The translations under genes and the position numbers were made by a program. Below the pieces are notes generated by a model. It worked only from the letters and a program-made list of their open reading frames with translations. It did no database searches and was not told the origin of the DNA. Positions 1 through 13,543 of a DNA stretch of 64,000 nucleotides are shown here, piece after piece (within the stretch, counting starts at the first letter, position 1; each line of letters begins with the position of its first letter). This stretch comes from Sphyrna mokarran (Eukaryota): positions 62,806,001 to 62,870,000 of the forward strand of contig JAGIQG010000004.1 in NCBI GenBank assembly GCA_024679065.1. Reading direction: 5' to 3'.

Positions 1-101
1 GTAATCTTCTTGGTAACCTAGTCTACTTACTGTAATAAATTTTAAACGACAACCTTTATACTAGGGATTATATATATTACCCACCATCACTCCCCGCTTT
101 T
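1..101 (-). mobile_element. Polypurine tract and start of the ERV 3' LTR (runs off the window)
   Basis: Minus strand AAAAGCGGGGAG (101-90) is directly followed by TGATGG from 89, just downstream of env. Confidence 0.55.
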
Positions 102-199
102 GGGACTGGGGTTTAGCCCAAGATAAGGCATCTAACTAGAGCTGCCAAACACCGGTTCCTTCATTCCGAAGGACAACTGGTCCCTTCGTATCATTTCTT

Positions 200-1400
200 G
201 CTCCACTTAATTACTATCATTGATACCATTCTTACTGCGGACTTCGACAGCCTTGCACAGTCACATTAACGAGTATAATCAATGTCAATATCAGCTTGAA
301 CATTATTGCAATCTGGGATTGATGTTCCCAGAGTACTCAGCCATTCTAATAGCCACGTACCCAAGGTAAACAATGACGGCTGTTTAAGTTTCTGCGCGTC
401 TTTTCTGCTGTGAGCAGCCAGAGAATAGTTATGTTTTCTGTACGATCTGGTATATAGATTCAACGCTCTGAAACAATCACTGCGCATGTCCCACCTCTCT
501 CTGACAAAACATAACTCAATTCCTATTGATGCTGAAGCACCATATTACCAGCTCTTTTTATTGCAGTTAGGACAGTAGCTGTGTCATTCTCTACTTGTTC
601 CAAAATGGAGATCAATATTACAAACTCGCGCATTGTCTTAGCCACTCCACAGCTGGGAAACAGTACGCCAAAGAATCGTTCTCTTTGTGAAATTGCTGTC
701 GAATTCTTGACAAGGGAAGACTTTTCTGAGTGTGTTATATGCATGAGAGCACACACCAAGTTAACACGGTCCCTTCCATCGAATAGGGAACCAAGATCAT
801 GCTTTATGTCTACAGATCGAATATTTGCCATTGGATGTTGGGTAAGTATTGTTCCCTTTAATATAATAGAATATGATGTATGACTGGTCCCTTTTGGGTG
901 GACTCTAGTAATTCAAACTGTTTTGACCCACATTGTAGTTGCGTTCACTTACACCTAAATTCTTTGCATGGCTTTTCAAATTCTCCACACAGTAATTCCC
1001 CTTTGGTTCGAGTTTGACTGTTTCAAAATCAGATTACGAAATGACATCTTTAGCTTATGGATAGGTATGCACCATCTCAAATAACCAATCTTCTCTTCAC
1101 AATCCATACCGCTATTGAACTTTCTCCACAACTTTGTGTTGTCAAATTCTAGCATGTGGTGTCAAGAATATCCAGCTATTATCAATCCTGGCCATGTCAG
1201 GGGTGTTGGTTTAAAGGCATCCCTTCTCTGGCCTGGATGAGGATATGTGAACAAACATAACATCTTGACTGGTTAATCATATTTTCGTATCGGCCACATC
1301 CATCTTCCCCATTCTGAAACTGGACTGCAATGTGAGGGGATGCGGGGATTGTGAATCAAAGTAAATAGGGGATGACAACGGGATTTGTACTCTATTTCAA
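200..1400 (-). mobile_element. env: Endogenous retrovirus env (gamma-type TM subunit), decayed
   Basis: Fusion-peptide-like RFFGVLFPSCGVA and a heptad repeat, then MVLQHQ*ELSYVLSERGGTCAVIVSER*IYIPD (~445-545). This is a degenerate ISD/CX6CC region (LQNRxxLDxxxAxxGGxC...CCxYIPD), followed by a Trp-rich membrane-proximal segment. The upstream limit is approximate. Confidence 0.75.
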
Positions 1401-1632
1401 GAATAGATTATCTCTATGCTAAGTTAAAAGGGGGGCCCAAATCCAAAAAGCTGGATATTAGTCATGCTTACAAACCGCTGGAACTGGAAGACGACTTCAG
1501 AGAGTTAGTTACAATAGGTATTAACAACTGGTTGTATCAAGGCACCCGATTGCCATTGGGTGCTTCATCAGCCTGTGCCAATTCTCAGTACACCATGGAA
1601 AACTTGCTAAAATGAATGCCCTATGTTGTCTT

Positions 1633-1917
1633 GTAGGGCGCATAATGGCACAGTGCTTAGCACTGCTGCATCACATCGCCAGGAAACCAGGTTCAATTCC
1701 TTGCTGTACATTATCCCTGAGCCTGCACAGGTTTCTTCCGGGTGTTCTGACTTCCTCCCATTGTCCGAAAGACGGGCTGATTAGATTCAATGACCATACT
1801 AAATTCTCCCTTACTGTATCTGAACAGGCGCCGGAGTGTGGGGCTAGTGGATTTTCACAGTAACTTCATTGCAGTTTCATATAAATATACGTTTGACACT
1901 AATTAAATAAACTTTAA
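1633..1917 (+). mobile_element. tRNA-derived SINE (V-SINE/HE1-like)
   Basis: Head GGCACAGTGCTTAGCACTGCTGC...GGTTCAATTCC (A/B boxes), partial central domain, A-rich tail. Confidence 0.75.
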
Positions 1918-3219
1918 ACGATATCTTATTGAAAGGAATGCTACCCGAGTAACGTCGTGCAAACCTGCAGCAGGTCCCGAACAGTATGAAATCAGCTGGC
2001 ATGTGTTTAATATAATTTACATCCTTTAGCTGATTGGATTACCTACCTCGGTTTCAAAGTGGACGAATAAGGGTTGTATCCCTTCGGATACAAGTGAAAA
2101 CTATTAAGGCAGCATGTGCGTCGAAGAATGCGATAGAATTGATCTCCTTCCAGGAAATGATCAATTCATTCTGAAGGCTCCTGCCTTCAATAACCATGGC
2201 CACGCTTACCAGGTTTTAAAATAACATCAACAGTAGATGTAGGGAGGCACGCAGGCAAAAAGTTTCAACCCAAGTAAAGCAGGCTTCGCAATCAACGACA
2301 CGCTCATTCACTTGTACCCGAGCACACAATTAGTAGTCACGTGTATGTGTCACTGTATAGAAATGACGAAGTGCGATTCCATAGAGTTACTGTTGGGCCG
2401 GAGAGATCACATGTGTTTGCTTGGAGAAGGTCGCCAAATGCTGAGAAAAACTAGTTACAATTCAACAGAAAAAGCCTAGTAGGCATTTATGATTAGGAGG
2501 AATGTTAGCAGTGCATATATGGGCCCCACTCCTGTCAAGGCAAAAGCCAATGCTGGGGCTTTTCCTTGAGATATCCCAATGCCTCTTATTATCTCGGCTA
2601 TGGTGCAAAGAGACGTCTTGTTGCTGACAGCAGACAACTGTGCACTCCTGCATCGGACAGGAGCACAAATCCCTAAAGTAGTTGAGCTTTGTCACCTCCC
2701 ACTGCCAGATGCCGCACGGTGACCACTTATGTCAAAAAAATAGTGTTGGTTTTCACAATGTGAAAACCCTGCCTTGTCTCAGCAACCCACATTAGTAATG
2801 GACACATAGAAAACCATTGTTATTGTAGATCAGAAAATGGTGCAGTTAGGCTGGCACTTCGAGAATGCAGAGCACATAAAGACATTTATAATGCAGGAAT
2901 AATGCACAACATAATCCACAAAGATGGGAGTGCCGTTGCGGGGAGGGGTGGAGGGGGGATGTGGAGGGATTGGGTGCATCCCTTTTCATCACCCGAGGAG
3001 CGATGGCCAATGATCCAAGCTGATGCATATTTTGACCACACATAAGTGGACATTTTGACAAGATAATACATCTAGTGGCCTGACATGAGAGAAAACTTGA
3101 ACATAATTGCGTTTTTGGAAACGTTTCAGACAAAACAAACGCTCCAATATTGAAACTGAATCTTTGGAAATGATCATGCCGTCGTGGTTGACCTTCATAT
3201 AGATTTTCCTGGGCCCTTA

Positions 3220-3683
3220 ATTTGGGAGGGAGATGGGGCGGCTGTTTACGGGTATCGTACATAATGTCTGCCTGTTCAAGGACTCCCGAAACTGGCACAA
3301 CGATGCAACTCTGCCAGCGGCCTTTCAGCCATCGAAGGTGCATTACCCGCAGAAAAAGCGAATGGATTAGGTGCCCTCATACACTGCCATTGCAGGTCCC
3401 TCCATGAGACTTGTCCACAGAATTCGGAGATTCCCTTGGTCCAAATTTGGGCATCGAATGCCTCAAGTTCACAAGGTGGTGTAGATGAAGCCGAAACCTT
3501 TCCCTTCCGAAGGTGCACCCATTTTCTGACACAAATGACCGACATGTTTCTGCTGTCTGAGGCTCTGTGTCTCATGGACATACGAAACCGGCCCTGACTT
3601 CTCCATAAGTCTCCTCGGCAAACAGGATATTTTGCCACCAAATACTCTTTCAAAACGAGTTTGACAATACTAAGTTGTGGCAC
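3220..3683 (-). mobile_element. Inverted second copy of the Gypsy pol 3' end inside the integrase
   Basis: Minus strand EKSGPVSYV...KHVGHL (GPY/F-like). 3261-3475 is a diverged reverse complement of 4655-4870. Confidence 0.7.
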
Positions 3684-4312
3684 ATGTACTTAATCCTTGT
3701 AGATGCCTATTCCAAGTGGCTGAAGTGTCAACTCATGGGATCCACTACAACTAAATTTATTTTGATAAACTGAGTTGAATCTTCATGGTTATCCTCTTAC
3801 ACACGTGGCCGACAAGATTCTTCACTCGAAGGCCCTTTATCTCTAAGATGGTAACAGAACATCGAACGGGATTTATGGCTGACAATTTTCCGACTTTCAT
3901 GAAGCATAATGACATCAGTGTGTCAGGACTGTTCTCGATGCCTGAAATAGTTTGGAGGAGACAGCCGTAGAGTTATTATTCGCTTCTATTAAGAAGGAGG
4001 GAGTTGCTATTTGGATTTTAGACTATTACTATTTGGATTTTCAAACATTTGCTGCCCTGTCGCACTCTATTTCATTTCTCAACTGGGGTCACGTTTGCAC
4101 GACTGCTAATGAGTCAGTGCCTGCGTACTTGCTTAGACTTAATTTTGGTCAATTGTCGAGAATGGAAGAGGTTAGGCAAGCCTCTCAGAACGAGTATCAT
4201 GATTCTCAGAAAGGGGCAGTCTTTTAGTGTTGATGATCTCGTTTTGTAAAGGTGTTTTGGTAACGGAACCTCTTTCATGTCAAGAAGAGCGGCAGAGAAG
4301 AAAAATCGGTTT

Positions 4313-4465
4313 TATAGAACATAGAACATTACAGCTCAGAACAGGCCCTTCGGCCTTCGATGTTGCGCCGACCAATATAAAAAGCAATGACCCTCCGAAC
4401 AAAACCATTCCCTTCTCTTCCATATACTTATCAACTAACCTCTTAAACGCCACCAAACTTTACTG
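4313..4465 (-). mobile_element. CR1 LINE 3' end fragment
   Basis: (ATAGAAC)n tail plus the conserved CR1 terminal sequence acaggcccttcggcc. Confidence 0.85.
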
Positions 4466-4474
4466 GGCCTTCGA

Positions 4475-4623
4475 GTGAAAACGCATATCGGCCAGGTATG
4501 TAAGAGAGTTAAGTATTCTTTCGATGTCTCCTGTATGAAAGGAATGGTTTGCCTGTATAGCGCGCAGGGATCAGTATTTTTCACTGTAAATACATGTGAC
4601 AATAATAAATCAAATCAAATCAA
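4475..4623 (+). mobile_element. Rex1/Babar-like LINE 3' tail
   Basis: Ends ...tacatgtgacaataataaatcaaatcaaatc, the same tail as the copy at 43150-43527. Confidence 0.6.
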
Positions 4624-6150
4624 GTGGGTCCAATATCGGTTTCATCCAAACAAGCTTGTGAACTTGAGACTTTCGATGCCCAGATTTGGAACAGGGAACC
4701 TCTGAATTCTGTGCACCAGAGACCAGAAGGGGCCAGCAAAGGCCTAGCATCGGAGACAGCTACTCCGTTCGCTTCTTCTGTGGATCATATGCCTTCAACT
4801 GCCGAAGCGCCGCTGACAGAGGTGCATCGTTCTTCCAGTGTCCGGAGTCTCTGAACAGGCGGACATTATGACTAGCCCCAACCATTGCCACCACTCACCC
4901 GACCGCTCACTCACCAAAATCCCGCACCCACCACCACTAATCTTGCTGCATATAACTATAATTACCTTTTGTTTCAGCACAGTTGTAGCTCACAAAGTTC
5001 GGAGGGAAGCCATTTGTTAGCATGACACTTTTACGAGATGATTTTCCAGGCTAAGCCACGGCGCCACAACAGATGGAGTGCAATTGTGCAAACGTTGGTC
5101 AATCAGCAATAAGTGCGCGCATTCCCAGGAATGAAAGTGGGCAAAGTCAATTGGAGGACTGTTAGGAGCAGGCATGTTTCGCTGGTTGCAAATTGTTTAG
5201 ATATAAACTGTTGAATGAATATTTTTATTTTGTACACTTGCTATACCGAATTGTCGGGTCACGGTTTTTCCAAGGTCAATTAAGCTTCGCTCACAGTGAT
5301 GTGAATTTTGAATCACACGTAAGCAAGACTAGATATGAATGGGAGAAATCCTTCCGTAAAATCATTCGTGGATGAAATGTTTGTTTGCAGGCAATCATTG
5401 GAATTTTATTCATAGATTTTTGATAATGCAACTCGACTATGCGAGGCTCAGATATTGGACTCCAGAGCCTGAGCTTAGAGTCTATAGATTTTTTTTTTGT
5501 AGTGATTAATACTTAACATGCTGCAATTTTCTGAACTGATTTGTTATGACATGGGCTGATTTTCAAGGGCTATATTTTGTTTTCTGCGACAGTAATCTGA
5601 ACAACTCGCCCTTCTGCAGCAATTCCATCATTTGTCTAACACAAATATATTTCAATTGCAACTCATATTTAATATGCACGTTTCAATACACAACCAACAA
5701 ACTGCACTGTTACCCTAACTAATACCAGGTTGCTTGCACAAAAGTGCAGCCTTTTCCATTATATCTACACTCATGTCATGAAGTGTGCAATCACTGGATT
5801 AGATGTTCTCACTAAGCATAGAATGAACCATTGAATAGAGACTTGGTTTTAATGTGGTGAAATCGAGACACGAAAACAGATGGGGGTCACCGGGGCGGGG
5901 GGTTATGGGCGGCAGTAGCAAAGACCTCAGAAGATAAGGTCATGCTCTAAATGTACTGAAGAGGAAAAGCATGAAGCATCAATGGGCAGAATGAAAGTAG
6001 GGAATGTCAATTATGACATTAAATGCAACAAATAAATGCAGGACTCATTTCGAAGTCAGAATGAAAACTACGTGCACTCAAGGACATGAAGGGCTCCAGC
6101 ACCAATATTGGAATATCACTTTACGCAGAACATGGAACTTATTTTCCTTT

Positions 6151-8830
6151 ACATAGAACATTACAGGGCAGAACCAGCCCTTCGGCCCTCGATGTTGCGA
6201 TGACCAATTAAGTAAAAGCAATGACCGTCTAACCTAAACCATTTCCTTTTCGTCCATAAACCTATCCACGGACCTCTTAAACGCCCCCAAACTTGGCGTA
6301 TCTACAACTGCAGCAGGCAGGGCATTCCATACCCTTACCACACTCTGGGTGAAGAACCTACCTCTGACATCCGTTCTATAACTACCACCCCTTAATTTAA
6401 AGCTATGTTCCCTCGTGCTAGCTTTCTCCATCCGAGGAAAAAGGCTATCACTGTCCACCCTATCTAAACCTCTAATCATCTTATATGTTTCAATAAAGTC
6501 TCTTCTTAGCTGCCTTCTTTCTCACGAAAACAACCTCAAATCCCTCAGCCTCTCCTCATAGGACCTGCCCTCCATACCAGGCAACATCCTGGTAAACCTC
6601 CTCTGCACCCTCTCCAATGCCTCCACATCTTTCTTATAATGTGGGGACCAGAACTGTATACAATACTTCAAGTGCGGCCGCACTAGAGTTTTGTACAGTT
6701 GCAACATGACGTTGAGGCTCCGAAATTCAATCCCCCTACCAGTAAAAGCCAAGACTCCGTATGCCTTCTAAACAACCTTAACAACTTGATTGCCAACTTT
6801 CAGGGATATATGCACATATACACCAAGATCCCTCTGTTCATCAACACTATTAAGAGTCCTACCATTAGTCCTATACTCTACACATTTGTTATTCCTGCCA
6901 AAGTGAATTACCTCACACTTTTCCACATTAAACTCCATTTGCCACCTCTCGGCCCAGCTCTGCAACTTGTCCAAGTCTCTCTGCAAACTAGAACACCCCT
7001 CTTCACTATCTACCACTCTTCCGACTTTGGTGTCATCCGCAAATTTACTAATCCATCCTTCAATACCCTCATCCAGATCATTTATAAAAATTACAAACAG
7101 CAGGGGCCCCAAAACAGATCCTGAGGTACACCACTTGTAACCGAACTCCACGATGAATATCTTCCATCAACCACTACCCTCTGTCTTCTATCTGCTAGCC
7201 AATTCCTAATCCAATTAGCTAAATCACCTCAATCCCATACATCTGCATTTTCTGCAGAAGCTTTCCATGGGCCACCTTATCGAACGCCTTACTAAAGTCC
7301 ATATATACCACATCAACTGCCTTACCCCCATCCACCTCTTTGGTCACTTTTTCAAAAAACTCAATAAGGTTAGTAAGGCACGACCTACCCTTCACAAAAC
7401 CATGCTGACTATCCCAAATCAATTCATTTCTCTCTAAATAACTATAAATCCTATCCCTAATAATTCTCTCCAATACTTTGCCCACAACAGAAGTAAGACT
7501 CACCAGTCTATAATTCCCAGGAAAGTCTCTATTCCCCTTCTTGAACAATGGGACAACATTCACTATCCTCCAGTCTTCCTGCACTATACCTGTAACCAAC
7601 GACGACCTGAAGATCAGAGCCAGAGGCTCTGCAATCGCCTCTCTCGCCTCCCAGAGAATCCTAGGGTAAATCCCGTCCGGCCCAGAAGACTTATCTATTT
7701 TCAAACCCTCAAGAATATCTGGCACCTCCTCCTTATCTACTTCAATAGTTTCCAGTTTACAACCCTGTATCCCAGTGTTCTCCACAACTACATTTACTTC
7801 TCCCTGCGTGAATACCGAAGAGAAATATTTGTTCAGTGCCTCTCCAATCTCTTCAGGCTCCACGTATAACTTCCCGCTGCTGTCTCTGACTTGCCCTAAT
7901 CTTGCCCTAACCAATTTTCTATTCTTAACATATCTAAAGAGATCTGTAGGATTCTCCTTGATCCTATCAGCCAAAGTTTTCTCGTGTCCTCTTTTACCTC
8001 TTCTTAACTCACTCTTTAGCTCCCCCCTGGCTAATCTATAGCTTTCCAGTGCACTAACTGAGCCTTCAAGCCTCATCCTGACATAAGCCTCCTTTTTCCT
8101 TTTAACCAGCGAATTTTCTTTTTTAGTACACCACGGTTCCCTTCCTTGACCATTTCCTCCTTACCTGACAGGGACATACTTATCAAGGACTCGCAGTAGC
8201 TGCTCCTTGAATAAGCTCCACATTTCAGATGTTCCCAGCCCCTGTAGTTTCCTAGTCCAACCTATGCACCCTAATTCTCTCCTGATAGCCTCATAATTAC
8301 CATTCCCCCAGCTATAACTACTGCCCCCAGGTTCATGCCTACACCTTTCTATCACTAAGGTGAACGTAACCGAATTGTGGTCACTATCACCAAAATGTTC
8401 ACCAACTTCCAAGCCTAACACCTGTCCTGGCTCATGTCCAGCACCAACTCCAATGCAGCCTCACCTCTAGTTGGCCTATCTACATACTGAGTGAAAAAAC
8501 CTTCCTGCACACTTTGTATAAAAACTGACCCCTCTAACGATCTAGAGCTATAGCTATTCCAATCAATATTAGTAAAGTTAAAGTCTTCCATAACAATTAC
8601 CCTATTACTTTCACGCCTGTCCAGAATCGTCTTTGCAATCCTTTCCTCTACCTGTCTAGAACTTTTAGGAGGTCTACAAAAGACTCCCAACAGGGTGAAC
8701 TCTCCTCTCCTATTTCTAATCTCAGCCCATACTACCTCAACAGACAAGTCCTCATCAACCTTCCTTTCTGTTACTGTGATACAGTCTTTGACTAATAATG
8801 CCACTCCTCCCCCCCTTCTACCACCTTCTC
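6151..8830 (-). mobile_element. 5'-truncated CR1 LINE ORF2 (endonuclease + RT), subfamily 'A'
   Basis: ORF fragments [48 protein letters not shown], RPHLxYC; CR1 tail at 6151. Confidence 0.95.
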
Positions 8831-8833
8831 TAC

Positions 8834-10373
8834 TCCGGGTCTACTACTCTGGGTCCATGGGTCTCTTAAATCTGCCCCGCAAGTGGAGGATGTGGTGAAG
8901 AAAGCATATTTGTACTGGCCTTCATTAATAGAGGAATTGAGTTTAGGAGTCGGGAGGTAATGCTGCGACTTTATAAGACCCTTGTGAGACTCCACTTGGA
9001 GTATTGTGTACAGTTCTGGTCGCCTCACTATAGGAAGGATGTGGAAGCTATTGAGAGGGTGCAGAGGAGGTTTACAAGGATGTTGCCTGGATTGGGGACA
9101 TGCCTTACGAAGATAGGTTGAGAGAGCTATGTCTCTTCTCCCTGGCGAGACGAAGGTTGAGAAGCGACCTGAAAGAAGTTTATAAAATATTGAGATGTAG
9201 ACTTAGAGGAGATCTAGTAGAGGTAAACAAGTTTCTGAGGGGTATAGATAGAGTAAACAGGGTTAAGCTTTTTCCTAGGATGAACTCGAATAGCACGAGG
9301 GGTCACGGGCTTAGGGTGAGGGGAGTAAGGTATAATTTGGATGCTAGAGCGCGTTTTTTCACACAGAGGGTGGTGGGGGTATGGAATGCACTAAGTAAAG
9401 TGGTGGAGGCAAGTACTCTGGAGTTATTTAAGAGATACTTAGACGAACACAAGAACAGAATGGGAATGGAGGGGTATAGAAAACTGTTTTAAAATAGGGA
9501 TCATGAGCCTTGGGAGTCCCTGGGAAGTGTGTAAATAGATGATGACATTGATGTGTTTGTTTTTATCCCACAGGTGCTTTGGTCCACCGTGTTGTCTAAC
9601 GAGGGGCATATACGCGATGGGTCGTGAGAGGGTTGTTCTTGGATTTTTTTTTCGAGAGTATCCTAGTGCTTCACGTCGTTAGTGTGCGCTTGACCTGGAC
9701 CACTTGATGGGCAACAGGACAGCTCAGTGACTATCACTGTGCTGTGCAGATATATGGATTTGGGCTAGTGTGTGTGGGAGTTTGCGCATTCTCCCCGTGC
9801 TTGCGTGGGTTTTCTCCGGGTGCTCCGGTTCCCTCCCGTATCCCTGGGATGTGCTCTTAGACTAATTGGGAAAACAAATTCTCCCTAAATTGTCTCAAAT
9901 TTGGTTTTTAATCCATAGATCTATAAACATAGACAGGGATCGCGGGTAGCGGTGGGAACATCGGGGTGGCGGCACGGGCTCGTTGGGCCGAAGGGCCTGT
10001 TTCCCGTGCTTTTGTTTCTTTGTTCTTTGAATAGATAGGGTGGATTCTCGGAGTCTATTTCCCAGGGATGAAATAGTCGCTACGAGAGGACACAGGTTTA
10101 AGGTGCTGGGGGAGGGGGGGGGGGGCGGCAAGTACAGAGGAGTTGCTAGAGGTAAACTTTTCACTCAGCGGGTGGTGAGTGAATGGAATCGGTTGCCATC
10201 AGTGGTGGTAGAGGCGAACTGGCTGGGGTCTTTTAAGAGACTTCTGGATGAGTACTTGGGATTTAATGGGATTGAGAATTACAGATAGTTCTATGGCCTG
10301 GTAAGTATAGATATGATCGGCACAACTAGTGAGCCGAAGGGCCTGTTTGTGCTACAGTGTTCTATGTTCTATG
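8834..10373 (+). mobile_element. CR1 3' fragment (subfamily 'B') split by a nested CR1
   Basis: ORF2 C-terminus at 8834-9195 resumes at 10029 (GIDRVDS) and ends in a TTCTATG tail. Confidence 0.85.
9196..10028 (+). mobile_element. Nested CR1 3' fragment (subfamily 'C') with a long SINE-containing 3'UTR
   Basis: A second RLRGDL...FFTQRVV...YRKLF* followed by a ~540-nt UTR. Homologous to 60470-61272. Confidence 0.85.
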
Positions 10374-13300
10374 CTGGCCAAACTCACTTGTAATGCTGCT
10401 AACACAAATGTAGCGACATATTAAATGATAATTTCCACGTTTACTTTGGAGTGTTTCAGTTACAGCTCAGAATTGCCCCCTACAAGCCGACATCTGATAG
10501 TTGCGATTCTGACTGAATTTGTATGTTCAGAGAACGGCTGCATCTGTTCAATCTCGGTGGCCAATGCATTCCGGAGCCATTGTACCTTCTTATCCATCTA
10601 ATATTAAAGTTCGCCGCAATTATTGCTTCAGTCAGTGAGGCTCCGTTGCGTAGGACACATTATATTCAATGAAAAGTGGTATAAAGTAATGTATAAACGT
10701 AATTATTGAAATTTCGGTGACCTGATAACTCAATTAAACCTGAAAAGCTTACTTTGTGTGTCTTTTATTTTTGCTTTGTCATCTGAGTGTTATTTTTAGG
10801 TGCGTGGCAGAGTATTGATGACTGGTGAACGGGGAATGGCTGTTATAATTTCGGCATTACAGGAGATTAAGGTTAAATTATAATCACGGGAAGAAAGAGA
10901 CTGCTCACTTTTTCGCCTCGTCGTGATTTCTTTCCATTACGGTCCAATTGTTCCACTTCGCCAGCCCATTCATTTTGTTTGTCATATATACATATAATGT
11001 GATAGTTGATTACAAGGACTGCTTCTTCAGGTATTTTAAGTTTTATATTTTACAGTAGCTTAGCAGCAAGGATGGCAAACAAGCATCAACAGATTACTTA
11101 TGTATAATGATAATTGAAAAAAAGGAACGTTGTTGCTCCAGAACAACAGTGACCGCCAATTGGTGCAGCAAAATGACCCGCCTTTTCTAAGTACTTCGTA
11201 TGTTGCAAACTATGGTCATCAATAATGCTGTCATTAGCTTACCCCCGTCGCCCAATATTCATGGAGCTGTGGTTGAAACATCGATGAGTCAGTAAAAATG
11301 TTGATCATGAAATCGTCACAATGTGTGCCAGAATGCCATTTAACTGATCTGCTAATAAAATCACTATACTAACACACTATTCGGCATTGAGTCAACCGTT
11401 CTGCTTTCTGCAAATGCAAGAGTTTACAAAGATTCTCTGCAATGCAATTGCCATGCAATAAATAGCGCACTTCACGGTGAAGGCAGTAATCTTGCAAGGT
11501 CTCTTTCCAACTCCCATCGCTTTTCTCTGGCAAGATATAATGCATTCAAAATATTGTTTGTGGGCCGAAACTTAGTGGTAATGCTGAAATTTTAATAGGC
11601 CTTATACTCAAGCCTCAAAGTTGCTGAATTCATACCTGGAAATTTAAAGGAACAATTATTGCCTTGAGGAGCGATTGTACCTCTGACTGTAGCAGTTTGC
11701 AGATTTCAGTGATGGAATCTTTATTGCGGTTTGAGCATCTCTTACACATTTCCTCGATCAGGTTTCGTTGTACGAATTGATCCCTTGGGACTATCAAGAG
11801 TTATGTCCTAATTTGCCCAAACTTGAAAACCATTTTTCAGGGCTGCCTTTCATCCTACCCTGTTGCAGGTTTTCGGACTACACTTTGAAACATGTCTGGG
11901 AGCAATGAAATTTTACAGCAGTCCTGTAATTTTCATTTTTGATTTTCATCAAAAAAAATCACAAAACGTACTGGAAAACCTGAAATATGAGAAGGATGTG
12001 GGCATCTGTGGACTTTCAAAACATCTAGACATATACAATTCAGGAACTAATGTATGAACATTGATTACGGCGTCCAAATGGAGCTACCAGCTGTCAAAAA
12101 CCTGCACCTTCGCAGATCAATTTGCCGACCAAAATACCGTTGGAACTCCCAAAATCCAGCGCTACAGAGTCCACATTCTCACACGGCATGTTTATTGTGG
12201 ATTTTTCAAGCTGATTTGTTGAAGAGCCACATCGATGGTTCTTGCGCTCACGCAGCTCACAACTCTTCAGAGGACAATCCCTTTCAAATAATCTACTGTA
12301 ACCTAAAATTCCAGCTGAAAAGCCGGAGGAAACTGAGTGAACAACGATACTTACAAGGCATGGCCAGAGACATTGTCTATCCTTAATTCATTGTCACAAA
12401 TAAATTTTGAATTATATGTTTGTCCATTGCTCTTGTCCTTATCTCACTTATCAGGATCCTTGCACATTTCTATACAAAACATGTTCTCCTCATTTTCTGT
12501 TCTTCTCAATATTCCCTGTAGGGAACGCCCCAGCCTACTTAAGACGATTTATTTTTTGCGTAGCGAGTAGTCTATGATCAATGGTTTTGCGGTCTCCTTA
12601 CCCTCCTGTACATTCATCACATATTACTTTAGTTTAAGACTTCCTTTTGTCTGTATAACGGAATTTGTGTCTGTGTTAAGCTGTTTGAATCATTCTCAGG
12701 CCAGTAAATTATGCAACAGGCCAAACTCTCCTGCCTCCCAAGTGGTGACTTCTTTTCAGTGAATAAACCATGGGAAAGTTCTTCTTTACTACCTTTTTTA
12801 GGAAGCAGAAACACATATTCTCGATCACAGCATACATCGATTATGTCAAATAGCCTAATAATGAAAGCCACAACTTGAAAACAAACATTGCACATTACAG
12901 TTGTTCTGCGCTAGTTATGCACCAAACTCCGGGGCTATGTATGGGTTCTTGACTCGTAACGTGTCAAATCGTTCACTATTTCCTACAATAGGGTTCCTAA
13001 GCATGTTGTTGTGCTATTTGGACTGATGTGCGGTCATTACAGGTTTTGTCTCAATTTTTAAAATTTCAGCTCCATAGGGAAAAGAAGTTGAAAGGAAACC
13101 GTAGGGGGAAAGAAAACAATGGGCCTGTACTTTGCTCTTTTATCCGCTGATTTTCTTGAGTAATCCTCAGAGAATTTTGGAGAATTTCTATGCATAAAAT
13201 ACAAAAAATCAAAAATTCGTAACGGCCCAGGAAGTTTTAACCACTGCATTGTATATGGATCGGGGCCCAGTAGCGAAACGGTCCGCGTGATACCTGTTGA

Positions 13301-13494
13301 ATCTTGAAATTGTGACTTTTTCTAAAATATCTAGCTGTTTTAACAGATTTGGACAAAATAATGACAATATGTTCTCGACACATTGACTGGATGTTACACT
13401 TCATTGTGATTATTGAATACGTAGGTAACTTCGCGTCGTTGTAAAGCAAAAGCCAGTTCAGACTCTGTTGCTGTGGCTCATTGACTGGTTAAGA

Positions 13495-13543
13495 ATGCCG
13501 TCAAGTGTGATGTACTTCTCTGTCCTTGCGCTCGTTTTCACGG
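13495..13543 (+). pseudogene. Gene A candidate leader exon
   Basis: ATG gives MPSSVMYFSVLALVFT+G, hydrophobic, ~170 nt upstream of the V exon. The phase-1 donor GTTCCA is weak. Confidence 0.55.

Larger units (their letters stand above)
2980..4875 (+). mobile_element. Gypsy LTR-retrotransposon integrase/pol C-terminus, decayed and interrupted
   Basis: Fragments R*YI*WPDM (Zn-binding region), YLILVDAYSKWL (~3688-3722), MVTEHRTGFMADNFPTFMKHNDI (SDNGxxF-like), TGVTFARLLMSQCLRTCLDL, FSVDDLVL and an RRSxR-like tail. Confidence 0.75.

Noticed and set aside
12093-12303. Minus-strand open frame with VDSVALDF, one base from an ITIM
   Set aside because: Needs an assumed mutation and has no supported upstream exons; likely chance.
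13228-13244. ETS/RUNX-like sites upstream of gene A, and E-box/GATA sites near 49237-49282 upstream of gene B
   Set aside because: Short motifs expected by chance; no TSS or conservation evidence available.
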